Positions 54,892 through 64,000 of a stretch of 64,000 nt of DNA are shown here, piece by piece. Numbering within the stretch: position 1 is the stretch's first letter; every line of letters begins with the position of its first letter. The translations under genes were made by a program, and so were the position numbers. Source of the stretch: a phage; NCBI GenBank assembly GCA_011939005.1, contig GCA_011939005.1_4858.1; one strand, 5' to 3'. The notes beneath the pieces are model-generated. The model searched no databases, had not been told where the DNA came from, and was given only the letters and a program-made list of their open reading frames with translations.

Positions 54892-55759
54892 CTACCTCCG
54901 CGTCCCCACTAGCGTATATGACTTTCAACGCTTCCAATCCTTTCCGCAAGATTTCTCCAGGCGGGACGTTGTCGACGTTCAACAGGGCAAGGTTCTTTTC
55001 TAAGTCACCGTAAGCCCCATCAAACTCCGCATGAGGAATAATCGATAAGCCCACCGCATACATCGTCAGCAAATCAATTTCGCTAACATCTTCTACGCGA
55101 AACTCTAACGACTGCTGCACCACCGTTAAGTCTGGCTCAGCAGGCAGATTCATAAAGACAAACGCTGACGGGTTCTCAGGGAACAACCGCAAGTAAGCGA
55201 CGATACGCTGTTGACGCTCGTCGTCGCCGTTTCGTTTCTGGCTTTCCAACGACTCTGCTGCTAAGAAGTTCTCCATCACGGTAAGCACGCGTGGGCTGAC
55301 AACAGTAATCAGGTCTTCGAAGTGCAGGTTTTCGTCACCGTAAACATAACGACACATGTTCTCCAGGATATACTCTGGTGTCTCACCAGAGGAGACAATC
55401 CCGTAAAGGGCATCACTGTCTTCGAACTCTTCGAAGGCTTCCAACACACCGTGAAGGATACGTACGGTTTCTTTCGGTTTCTGGAAGACGATTTGTGGAT
55501 TAAGTCCGATACCGAGGCGGTTGCCTAATCCAACCGCTACCTTCACGATAATGGATTCCAGACGGACAGTTTCGTCCGCGGGGTCAGACAACGGGTTGCT
55601 ATAAACATCGGATAACGCCACATCGTAACCGTAATCCATACCGAGCGTCACTAAATCTAGCATCGGTGCTGCACGACCTTCGTGACGGTTGACTGTCAAT
55701 ACAGCCGCATAGTCGGTATAAATATCAATCATGGCTCTGTTCCATAGTGAAAAGGGCAT
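54875..55759 (-). CDS. hypothetical protein
   Basis: 294-aa ORF; start uncertain (ATG 55759 or 55732). Confidence 0.4.
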   Translation of the reverse strand: MPFSLWNRAMIDIYTDYAAVLTVNRHEGRAAPMLDLVTLGMDYGYDVALSDVYSNPLSDPADETVRLESIIVKVAVGLGNRLGIGLNPQIVFQKPKETVRILHGVLEAFEEFEDSDALYGIVSSGETPEYILENMCRYVYGDENLHFEDLITVVSPRVLTVMENFLAAESLESQKRNGDDERQQRIVAYLRLFPENPSAFVFMNLPAEPDLTVVQQSLEFRVEDVSEIDLLTMYAVGLSIIPHAEFDGAYGDLEKNLALLNVDNVPPGEILRKGLEALKVIYASGDAEVDDEQD

Positions 55760-55788
55760 TCATACCAAGGCGAATAAAAAAAAGAAAA

Positions 55789-55804
55789 CGGGGCCGAAGC
55801 CCCG
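55789..55804 (-). terminator. intrinsic terminator hairpin, UUCG loop
   Basis: stem CGGGGC/GCCCCG with CGAA loop on +; A-run 55775-55788 on +; follows stop of 55813-56184. Confidence 0.5.
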
Positions 55805-55812
55805 AATTTCTA

Positions 55813-56184
55813 TTAATGTCCCGTCAGATCTTTCTCCAGCTCTTTTAGCGCACGTTCACCTGCCACCTGCTCGCCGGCTTTGGCGATAATCGCTTTGCGA
55901 CGACGGATATTGTCGAGCATCAGCAGTATCTGCCAGCGGGGGCGGTCGAGGAACTCGTCTATCGACATCCGGTAGTTTTCACCGACCTCTTCACGTAAGT
56001 AAGTGGCGTACCAGATATCGTAAAGACTACCGTATACCGGGTTTTCAAAATCCGACAACCCTACCTGATGGTCGCCGGTATTAAGAGCCAGTGTACGGTC
56101 ATACGCTTCCAGAAGCTCGTTATGGGCTTCCTGATACGTAATAGGACGTGTGCTACGCTGCTTGAAGAGAGAGGTGGTATCCAT
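55813..56184 (-). CDS. hypothetical protein
   Basis: 123-aa ORF; no clear SD. Confidence 0.4.
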   Translation of the reverse strand: MDTTSLFKQRSTRPITYQEAHNELLEAYDRTLALNTGDHQVGLSDFENPVYGSLYDIWYATYLREEVGENYRMSIDEFLDRPRWQILLMLDNIRRRKAIIAKAGEQVAGERALKELEKDLTGH

Positions 56185-56228
56185 CTTGAGCGTTGTAATG
56201 ATTTGCTCGGACGGAACGTCTTCCTGGT

Positions 56229-58199
56229 CTAGCCAATATCGGCGTATTGATCCAGCAAGAATTTCTGAATCTCGGACACCACTCGAGAGAGCACGAAAAA
56301 AACCCTGTCCGGTGAGATGGTAACAATACCACGATACAGACCGTCTTTCTCGCCGTGTGTTTTACCGCACGCCGGGCAGCGTTTACCCATGTAACCGAAT
56401 ACCGCTAAACGTGTACGTTCGTTGTATTCAGCAATTGCGTTTTCAAACTGACCAACGTAGATACGGTCGGAAGACAGCTCTTCCAGCATCTCAACGATTT
56501 TCGCTGTGTCGGTTTCAGTTTGTGGGATAACCTGCATTTCACCGTTTACTTCACGTTGCTCATTAACAGTGATAGATTTCACCATGTGAGCGTAGCGCGT
56601 TAAGCGACGGGCTTCCGCAGTTAAACGCATATGGGATTCACGTTCACGCTCGGTAGCAAATTCAGACAGCGCTGCCGTAGTTGACGCGTTAACGTCTTCA
56701 ATCCACTTCTCGGTGGAGTCAAAGAAGCTACCCAGGGTAGAACGGCCAAATTCAACACGCACGTCGTGGTATTCAAATACCGAGGATGGGTCAACCTGAT
56801 GCGCCGCGATATATTCGCGCTGTTCAGCAATAGAAATCACTGGACGCTCAGTACCGCGTTGACGTGCCCACAGTTGTTTCTGCAGGTCGCTAAACAGACC
56901 GGAACCGAAACGGATACAGCGTGCGATATTCAGCTTCACATCTTCCTGCTGGTTGCAGCCGTCTTCGCCACACATCAGCGTCCATGGAATACCAGACGGC
57001 CACTTCGCCTGCAACGGACCCAGAATAACCAGCCAGTAGTCAGCCAGATCAATGGTATCCAACAGCACAGTACGCAGATCGTTACCCGCACAATCGATGG
57101 TTGCTTCGGTAACAAACTGAAGTGCGAATTCAACCATGTGGCGCATGTACACGCCAGAAGACGACGACAGCATCAATCCGTAGGTCTGCATACCGATGGT
57201 CGCAGTTTCCAGCGTTAGACGCATGTCGAAGTCACAAAGGTCACGTTCATGCGGTGCGCGGAAGCCCACGTAGATACCTGTGGCCGGCAACCAAACCATG
57301 TTCGGAATACCCGACTTACGTACACGACGCAAAGCAGCCAGCGCGCCAGTGTGCATATTGTCACGCGGTGCAATAGCACCAGATGCCTTGCCGTCCGGCA
57401 ACATCACGCGCTGTTCCCAAGCGGTGTCACCACGGTCCAGTGCACCAGCGAATGCCGGTACGCCGTCCTGTAGACGTGGCGGTGTCATGTTCAAAGCGCG
57501 ATAGATGTCGTCGTAAACCTGTTGCTGTTCAGGGCTTTCGAATAGCAGCCGGCCGTCTTTCGGTGAACGTTTAATATTACCGAGGAACTTTTGCAGGGAG
57601 TCTGCAATGATGTTAGGGTCTTGTTTCAGACCAATCAACATCTTCGACTGTGTCAGAATACGATCGGCTTCATCTTCACCCATTTCGGCGGTTTCAGCTA
57701 AATGGGTATTACCGAAGTCAATCTCACGCATCTGTTGTTGTTCCGGAACCTTCGGTGCTGCATCTTCCATTTCTTTTACAGCCGGCTGTGCCGGTGCAAC
57801 CGCTTCCGGAGCTTTTGGCTGCGGAGCAGGTTCTACCGTAGGCGCTTTCTCTACTACCGGTTCCGGGGCACGATGTAGGTGCTCCTGCACCTGTTCAGCA
57901 AAAGTCTGAGGTGCCGGTGGTACAGGCGCAGCAGGTTCAGGCAACGCCTCTTCTACAAACGTCGGACGCTCAAGCTTAGGCTCCGGACGATGATAGTGTT
58001 GGTGATAAACTTCTTCTGCACGGGCAAAAGAAAAATCGGGGTTGGCTTGTTTAATAGCCATGATGATTGCATCCGAGGTCGCGTCATCAGGCACGGTCGG
58101 AAGAATCATCTCTTGTTGGGTAGCAGCCGCCACAGGGGCTGGCTGGTCGGGATTAGGGCGACGGGCATTACCCGGACGCTGATCTTGGATCTCAGACAT
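56229..58199 (-). CDS. hypothetical protein with Pro/Ala-rich N-terminal region
   Basis: 656-aa ORF with GAGGAAG SD; low-complexity PAPxP repeats near N-terminus; CPACGK near C-terminus. Confidence 0.5.
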   Translation of the reverse strand: MSEIQDQRPGNARRPNPDQPAPVAAATQQEMILPTVPDDATSDAIIMAIKQANPDFSFARAEEVYHQHYHRPEPKLERPTFVEEALPEPAAPVPPAPQTFAEQVQEHLHRAPEPVVEKAPTVEPAPQPKAPEAVAPAQPAVKEMEDAAPKVPEQQQMREIDFGNTHLAETAEMGEDEADRILTQSKMLIGLKQDPNIIADSLQKFLGNIKRSPKDGRLLFESPEQQQVYDDIYRALNMTPPRLQDGVPAFAGALDRGDTAWEQRVMLPDGKASGAIAPRDNMHTGALAALRRVRKSGIPNMVWLPATGIYVGFRAPHERDLCDFDMRLTLETATIGMQTYGLMLSSSSGVYMRHMVEFALQFVTEATIDCAGNDLRTVLLDTIDLADYWLVILGPLQAKWPSGIPWTLMCGEDGCNQQEDVKLNIARCIRFGSGLFSDLQKQLWARQRGTERPVISIAEQREYIAAHQVDPSSVFEYHDVRVEFGRSTLGSFFDSTEKWIEDVNASTTAALSEFATERERESHMRLTAEARRLTRYAHMVKSITVNEQREVNGEMQVIPQTETDTAKIVEMLEELSSDRIYVGQFENAIAEYNERTRLAVFGYMGKRCPACGKTHGEKDGLYRGIVTISPDRVFFVLSRVVSEIQKFLLDQYADIG

Positions 58200-58812
58200 T
58201 AGCCGCTTCCTCGGTTTCTACTACAACGTCGTTGTGATCGACGATGGCGTTTTTAGGGAGTTCTTTCGAATTATTAGCCAGAGCTTCAGCCAACAGAACC
58301 TCGGCTTGTTCCACGGTATGACCGTTATTCAGCGCCTGCTTCACGAACTTCACTTTCGCGTTATACGTGGAGAAGATTTCGATACTGGTGCCCTGAATAT
58401 CCATCGCAAGCATGTTTGCCCGCTGGTCAATCAGGGACAGTTCGGTGTGGTCGACGTGGAACTGGTCTTTGATTTCTTTCCACGTTTTGCTGTTATCGTT
58501 CAGCATGTCAAACACCGGCACAGCCTTAGCATCTGCCTCAACAATCAGTTTACCGAACAGCTCTTTGCCTTGCTGACACATGCCAAGGAAAGCCGCCTGT
58601 GCTTCATCCAGCGCTTTCAACGTAAAGGCTTTCAGCTCTTCGTGCGTAATGGCTTCAGTTACTTCACGCTCCCGATCAATTCTGCCTGACAGGAATTCGG
58701 TACTTTCGATAAACACAGCTTGTTTTTTCAACACAGACTGCATCATCGCCTTGACGAAATCGCGGGCGTCTTTACGTGGGTTATAAGCGGGTTTCTTTTT
58801 GCGACGACTCAT
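58192..58812 (-). CDS. hypothetical protein
   Basis: start at ATG 58812 with AAAGGA SD (MSRRKKKPAYNP...). Confidence 0.45.
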   Translation of the reverse strand: MSRRKKKPAYNPRKDARDFVKAMMQSVLKKQAVFIESTEFLSGRIDREREVTEAITHEELKAFTLKALDEAQAAFLGMCQQGKELFGKLIVEADAKAVPVFDMLNDNSKTWKEIKDQFHVDHTELSLIDQRANMLAMDIQGTSIEIFSTYNAKVKFVKQALNNGHTVEQAEVLLAEALANNSKELPKNAIVDHNDVVVETEEAANV

Positions 58813-58872
58813 CGTAATAATCCTTTTGAAATTAGGGGTTGGGTGTATACACAATATACACCCAAAACGTGA

Positions 58873-59256
58873 TTAACTTGCATCGTGTGGAACAGTCACC
58901 CAATCGTGCCATTTTTCAGAGTAAAGACGATAAGCCATCTTTGGATTCTGATCGACACTACCGGCCGGGTTCTCATTCCACAACACGTACGTATATAACT
59001 CGTACGACGAAATGTTACGGATACTTGACGTGCGGGTGACGTAATACGTCAACCCGCGTTGGTTAAGGAACAGGCCGCTGTAATGTTCAGTGACCATGTA
59101 GTAATGAAACGCCTGGTTGATAGTGGCGTCGGTACAGAGTTTCTTAGCGACGTCTTCTACGCCGGGATACGCCTTTAGAATGTTTTCGAGAAAACTTGCT
59201 AAAGTCATTCCGATGTAGGGTGGCAGCGGCTCTGCTGGACGCGGCGGAGTGAGCAT
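58873..59256 (-). CDS. hypothetical protein
   Basis: 127-aa ORF whose 5' part overlaps the 3' end of the helicase gene; start uncertain. Confidence 0.35.
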   Translation of the reverse strand: MLTPPRPAEPLPPYIGMTLASFLENILKAYPGVEDVAKKLCTDATINQAFHYYMVTEHYSGLFLNQRGLTYYVTRTSSIRNISSYELYTYVLWNENPAGSVDQNPKMAYRLYSEKWHDWVTVPHDAS

Positions 59257-60850
59257 GTGATTTCCTTACAACGTAGGGGGATGTCGCGATACGGAACGAC
59301 AATACGACATCCTTGAGTGATTTCTGGCGGGCATTCAAGTAATTGCAATGCTTCGGTACGTTATACGCATGGAATAACCACACCGTTGGGTCTATTTCAC
59401 CCCACTCGTTGTGGAGAATCTTACGTGGACGACCAGCCATCTGTTCGTTCAGTTGCTGGTCTTCTACCGGGGTTGAGATGTACATGTGCACCAACCCAGG
59501 TTTATCGACCGCAGTCCCCGCTTTCCCCGGTGTGGAGATAGAGAAGTCTGCTTGGATAAAGTCGTCATACGAATCACCTGCATTATATTTCGACACCATT
59601 AAGGCGTGGAATATAGGGTCACGCGACAACTTATCTTTCACATACTCGGTAAAGAACTCACACATTGCAACGGTTGCAAAGAGTATCAAACATTTCTGAC
59701 CCGGCTGGTACCGCTTAAGAAACGATTTCTCAACCACATCCCAAATCATGTTTGCGTATTCTAAGTGTAAGTTCTCTTTAATCAGTTTCCCTTCGAAGAG
59801 TTTGTGGTTATACGGCGTCATCTTCGACGCCCACCACGCAAACTTCTTATCATCTAAACGGTAGTACAACGCTTTCACGTCGACTACCGGAACGATAGGG
59901 ATACTGATACGGCACTCCATTGGGAAACGCTCCATGTACCGTTCAGCGATAAACGCTTTACTGGAACCAGGAGTTAGCGTTGCAGACATTTCAATACTTG
60001 GTGGCGGGTTAAGCATTACGCCTGCCATGTAGACCAGGTGGAAATGCTCATGTACCTCATCCATTCCCAACAACCCGATACCCAGTACGTCGTAAAACGT
60101 ATCCAAGTCTACAGGGTTTGTTGCGGCTGTGTTAATGTACTCCTTCAGGAAACGCTGTAGCGTCACCGTAGGGAGGATTATCAGCTTAATCCCACGTCTA
60201 TCCAGCTCACCCGATTTACCCATCTCCAGGGCCTCGTAGATGGCCTGCACGCCGGTACAAACCAGCACGCCATCGCGAGATTCCCTTAAGCCCGTCGGGT
60301 CGTCAGTGGTATCGAATATCCACTTCGGAACATAGGTCGGTCGAATGATAAGACCTGTCCTAACGCCCTTCTTAACAACCACTTTCATGAAGCTTTTAGA
60401 TTTCCCGGCTCCGGTCTGGATGGCAAATATCGTCTGCTGTCGACCTGGGGTCATCGCCGCTTCGCTAACTTCGTTCTGATAATAGAAACGTGAGTTAGGA
60501 TCGGTGACCTCGAGATCGAATCCGTAATTATCAAACGTGCACTTATAAGGTTCTGCACGTTCGGGATGGTGCTCTGTCAGCTTGTACTGAAAAGCATATT
60601 CAATTGCTGCCCGTTGGAGGATATGTTTAATCTTCTCAGCGAACACTTTATGGAAAATGAATGTCCTTAAAGACGGAATGTGGGCGTAGTACGCGTCACC
60701 GCGTTCCGTAGTTATTCGTCCATGTTGCTTGCCCATCTTTGGGGCGTGCATATTCTCTTCGGCCCACGCGAGTATGGCCCTTTCAGCCTGGCGGATGGGG
60801 ACTTCAACCCGTACCCCCATACTCGTGTAAGTCATTTGAATTTCTACCAT
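59144..60850 (-). CDS. SF2 DExH-box helicase
   Basis: motif I IQTGAGKSKS, motif II GMDEVHE, motif III SAT; start at ATG 60850 just downstream of terminator 60875-60893; Arg-rich C-terminal tail. Confidence 0.55.
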   Translation of the reverse strand: MVEIQMTYTSMGVRVEVPIRQAERAILAWAEENMHAPKMGKQHGRITTERGDAYYAHIPSLRTFIFHKVFAEKIKHILQRAAIEYAFQYKLTEHHPERAEPYKCTFDNYGFDLEVTDPNSRFYYQNEVSEAAMTPGRQQTIFAIQTGAGKSKSFMKVVVKKGVRTGLIIRPTYVPKWIFDTTDDPTGLRESRDGVLVCTGVQAIYEALEMGKSGELDRRGIKLIILPTVTLQRFLKEYINTAATNPVDLDTFYDVLGIGLLGMDEVHEHFHLVYMAGVMLNPPPSIEMSATLTPGSSKAFIAERYMERFPMECRISIPIVPVVDVKALYYRLDDKKFAWWASKMTPYNHKLFEGKLIKENLHLEYANMIWDVVEKSFLKRYQPGQKCLILFATVAMCEFFTEYVKDKLSRDPIFHALMVSKYNAGDSYDDFIQADFSISTPGKAGTAVDKPGLVHMYISTPVEDQQLNEQMAGRPRKILHNEWGEIDPTVWLFHAYNVPKHCNYLNARQKSLKDVVLSFRIATSPYVVRKSHAHSAASSRAAATLHRNDFSKFSRKHSKGVSRRRRRR

Positions 60851-60874
60851 GCTGCCCCTCTTCGCACAAAAAAA

Positions 60875-60893
60875 GAGGGGCGCAAGGCCCCTC
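60875..60893 (-). terminator. intrinsic terminator hairpin
   Basis: stem GAGGGGC/GCCCCTC with GCAAG loop; A-run 60867-60874 on +; follows stop of 60897-63002. Confidence 0.5.
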
Positions 60894-60896
60894 GGT

Positions 60897-63002
60897 TTAC
60901 AACTCAATTACCACAGCGGCTCCTAGGTCATCGTACAACGATGCCGGGATTTTGTACTCGGTATAAAAACCAACGCGATCGATATTCCCCTGCTGTCCTT
61001 CAAACAACAACATCGGAATTGCTGAGCGCAAACTAATGAGCGTGTTGTGATCGACAAACCGTTTCCCGGTGGCATTAGTAGAATCCTCACTGTCAAATCC
61101 TACTGCCGGGAACGGATTGGTTGGCGACTCTACACGAGATATCGCCAACATAATCGCAATATGCGTCATCGGTATACCACTCAGCTTACGCTGGATATAC
61201 TTAAACGTGTCCATCAACGCATAAGTACACTGTTTCTCTGTAGCACCACCCATCTCAACCAACGTCACTGGTTTCACACGACCTTGTTTCTTGTTCAGCT
61301 TCACAGTCGATGCTGTGTTGATGATTTCCACAATGTCTTCGTTCTTATCAGCTGCAATCGAACGGAGCTTGGTTTCTAAGCCGGCTACGAACTCCGCCAT
61401 CGATTCAGAACGGTTGGTGTAGACCAGGACCGGGTGTTTCGGGTTCCATCCTTTCAAAGGAATCTGAACCGTCTTCTTCTCGATACGAATGTTCGCACGT
61501 TGTTTCAAGAAGTAATGCAAGAACGGTTTAGAGAAGTTCCCACAAACACCCATTCGCACATCGATAGAATCCGCAGCGATTATCTGCCCATCTTCTAAAC
61601 GACGTTGGAAAGTTAAGTCGGTGATTTCTGGTAATGCCGTTTCATCAATTGCATCGAGATCTTCATGATACGCAATCTGGCTCAGCTCCGAATAAACTTT
61701 GTCGGTAACAACCAACTCGTATTCTGACCAATTCCCACGCTGTGGTTTTGGCAGCAAGCACAACCCTTTCAGAGAGTTATGTTTGTATTCGGTCATATAC
61801 TCACGCATACGTGGGGTGAGTACCAGGTTGAGCAGATAACGCAAGAAGTCAAGGTGCTTGGTAGAGAGAATTCCCTGTGTACCCTTTTCCGAGATGGACG
61901 TGGATGCCAGATGACCTGGTGACGTACCTTCAGAGAGGTTATAAATCAAATCCCCCATACAGGTCGCACAGATGGACTGATTCGCCATCTCTTTACAGGT
62001 CATGGCACTACGGAAGACCAGCGGTTTGCCAACCAGGTCTGCGTATCCGCCTTTCTCAAATCTCAACCACGGACCATTATCGCCTTCTAAACGATAACGC
62101 ATCCCCACCATCGCTTTATAGGCACGCTCATCCAGCTGCGTATCCTTAAACGTGTAGCGGTGTGCGTGAGTTGTACCGCAGTCGTCGTACGTGAAATACA
62201 TCAGTACGTTTGCTGCCAACTGCAGTTTACGTGAGGCGTATTCTGCTTCGGCAATCTTGTCAGTGTTGTACAAGTGGGAACGTGAAGTTGCACCGGATTC
62301 TTTCAAACGCGAAATAACCGAATGCATTCCGGTAAAGAAGCCTTCCCACACCTGATTGGTGTATACACGTGAGTCAATTTCTGATGTTTTACCACGCACG
62401 AAGGCTTGCAATACCTGGTTCATCTTCACAGTACCGTCCAGTACCGACATCACGACCGGGTTATACCGTAGCGCAGGGTCTTTGAAGATTTTCTCGATAA
62501 GCTTGTACGCTTCTTCAACCATATCCCGACCATCTTCATCGTAGCCAGTAGGATATTGCACTTCCCACTGACGGATGAGTTCGAAGTTCGGATGGTCGTA
62601 GATCTCCATCATCGTATCAAAGTCGATTGTCGTGCAATAGGACAGCAGGTTCTTCACTGTCATGTTGAACGCATCGGCGTAGACATGTTGACTCAGGATA
62701 TAACGCGTTTCAGCAAGGTCGACACCTGCTTTACGGGCCAGTACCGCTGCTTCCGACATAAAGTCCAGATGCAGGTCATCTGTTGCTACCTGACCTGGAC
62801 GATACGCCATGGTCGATGGAGTGGGCACCTGCGGATACAGACGCGACACACCCCAATACGGCCAGCTGAGTTTGATGTGGCGACTAGACATTTCCAACGA
62901 CTTACCATCGTCGAAAGTCACGTAATAACGCCCGCGTAGTTTCCACACCTGATCAGAGTTAAGCATACGCAAATCACGCACGTGTACAGAACGACCCGCC
63001 AT
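60897..63002 (-). CDS. RNA polymerase beta-prime C-terminal-like subunit (paralog 2, trigger-loop region)
   Basis: YDDCGTTHA, RSAMTCKEMANQSICATCMG and SISEKGTQGILSTKH parallel beta-prime DDCGTHEG, RSVVSCDTDFGVCAHCYG and SIGEPGTQLTMRTFH. Confidence 0.5.
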   Translation of the reverse strand: MAGRSVHVRDLRMLNSDQVWKLRGRYYVTFDDGKSLEMSSRHIKLSWPYWGVSRLYPQVPTPSTMAYRPGQVATDDLHLDFMSEAAVLARKAGVDLAETRYILSQHVYADAFNMTVKNLLSYCTTIDFDTMMEIYDHPNFELIRQWEVQYPTGYDEDGRDMVEEAYKLIEKIFKDPALRYNPVVMSVLDGTVKMNQVLQAFVRGKTSEIDSRVYTNQVWEGFFTGMHSVISRLKESGATSRSHLYNTDKIAEAEYASRKLQLAANVLMYFTYDDCGTTHAHRYTFKDTQLDERAYKAMVGMRYRLEGDNGPWLRFEKGGYADLVGKPLVFRSAMTCKEMANQSICATCMGDLIYNLSEGTSPGHLASTSISEKGTQGILSTKHLDFLRYLLNLVLTPRMREYMTEYKHNSLKGLCLLPKPQRGNWSEYELVVTDKVYSELSQIAYHEDLDAIDETALPEITDLTFQRRLEDGQIIAADSIDVRMGVCGNFSKPFLHYFLKQRANIRIEKKTVQIPLKGWNPKHPVLVYTNRSESMAEFVAGLETKLRSIAADKNEDIVEIINTASTVKLNKKQGRVKPVTLVEMGGATEKQCTYALMDTFKYIQRKLSGIPMTHIAIMLAISRVESPTNPFPAVGFDSEDSTNATGKRFVDHNTLISLRSAIPMLLFEGQQGNIDRVGFYTEYKIPASLYDDLGAAVVIEL

Positions 63003-64000
63003 TATTTATCCTCCCGAATTGGACGCACTAATTCAAAACCTTCACAGCGATGGATGTTACGTATCATCCTGTCAATCTGCGAATCACCCATTGGTAGTTT
63101 CTTACGATCGACCAGCACCCCTGGATTGGTTGGTGTTGGCGAGTTATACAGCCCCGTTACGATCGCACGGTGTACCGCAGGGTTATTAGCGCGGTCATGA
63201 GTTTCGGGGAAGTTGCCCGGACCAAAGCCGTCGGTAAGACGCTGCTCGGAAGGACCACCCCACTTCAACCCTTTCAGGTTAATCGGATATGAACCACGTC
63301 CTTGGTTGGATGCATCAATACAACCCAAATAGTTCGTGTACATCGACGAGATACTGGAGAACTCACGACCGGTTTTATCCAGGCGCAGAGTCTCTACCAT
63401 GCCGACGTAGAACTGGTTCTTCGTCCACTCTTTCTCACCCTGATAGTTAGTAATCAGTAGCTTAGACTTGCGTGGTGCATACTCGCCTAGAGCACGGCAG
63501 ATTTCTACCTGGGTAGCATTCAATTCGTGGGGAAGCCAGATACGAATCGTGAAGTCGTAAATCTCTTTAAAGAGTTCCAGACGTGACCCAGTATCCGGGT
63601 GACTGGAATTGAGATAGAATGTCCAGCGTGGGTTATAGCGATCGATATAGTCCATCAGGATTTCCCAGGCTTCGTCAACCTGGTTGGCGGCAAGTAATGG
63701 TTTCAACCGCATCTTCAACTGCTCGGATGCAGCAGACCAATACATGTGGAACAGCGCAGCATAAGTCGAACGACGAATTACGGCGTTCATGGAACGAATG
63801 ACATGCACACGTTCTCCGAACTCGTTAATCGGCATTTCTTCATCAGGCCGCACTGCGCCCACGATACCTTTTGTACCTGAACGGTCGGTGATTTTCGATG
63901 AGACGGTAACTGGGATTGGATAACGTACCACGATGCGTATCGTGTAGCTACCAATTGGGTCCCAGAGACCACGCTGAACCGGCTGCGCCAGTTTGTTCAA
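63002..64000 (-). CDS. RNA polymerase beta C-terminal-like subunit, 5'-truncated by window edge
   Basis: SSKITDRSGTKGIVGAVRPDEEMPINEFGERVHVIRSMNAV parallels beta [46 protein letters not shown]; ORF open to window end. Confidence 0.45.
   Translation of the reverse strand: MNKLAQPVQRGLWDPIGSYTIRIVVRYPIPVTVSSKITDRSGTKGIVGAVRPDEEMPINEFGERVHVIRSMNAVIRRSTYAALFHMYWSAASEQLKMRLKPLLAANQVDEAWEILMDYIDRYNPRWTFYLNSSHPDTGSRLELFKEIYDFTIRIWLPHELNATQVEICRALGEYAPRKSKLLITNYQGEKEWTKNQFYVGMVETLRLDKTGREFSSISSMYTNYLGCIDASNQGRGSYPINLKGLKWGGPSEQRLTDGFGPGNFPETHDRANNPAVHRAIVTGLYNSPTPTNPGVLVDRKKLPMGDSQIDRMIRNIHRCEGFELVRPIREDK

Noticed and set aside
1-64000. tRNA genes, CRISPR arrays, integrase, transposase or IS elements
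   Set aside because: No cloverleaf-like T-loop motifs in intergenic regions, no repeat-spacer arrays, and no recombinase-like ORF were seen; the window appears to be lytic phage core genome.

Overview
The window reads as a densely packed segment of a large virulent dsDNA phage genome, most likely a phiKZ-like jumbo phage of an enterobacterial host (about 50% GC). Roughly 70 protein-coding genes are almost all on the minus strand, with three short plus-strand islands (14156-16900, 25315-26877, 43369-47591, 51245-53029) that diverge from minus-strand genes across only 12-70 nt. Key evidence for the phage type is a set of split multisubunit RNA polymerase genes: a beta-prime N-terminal-like gene with a variant catalytic motif (DFDED), a beta N-terminal-like gene, two paralogous beta-prime C-terminal-like genes and a truncated beta C-terminal-like gene at the window edge. 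Other recognisable genes are dihydrofolate reductase, thymidylate kinase, a RuvC-like resolvase, an SF2 helicase, a DEDDy exonuclease, three GNAT acetyltransferases, a HExxH metallopeptidase-like membrane protein, and highly expressed virion-type proteins including a paralogous pair. Non-coding structure is rich: about 20 intrinsic terminator hairpins, mostly with a UUCG loop in the transcript, and two families of promoter-like motifs (one containing TATATTAC, one GATAGATATTAT), typically placed just downstream of a terminator. No tRNA, CRISPR array, integrase or transposase was found. All functional calls are from motif recognition by eye, without database searches, and should be treated as hypotheses.
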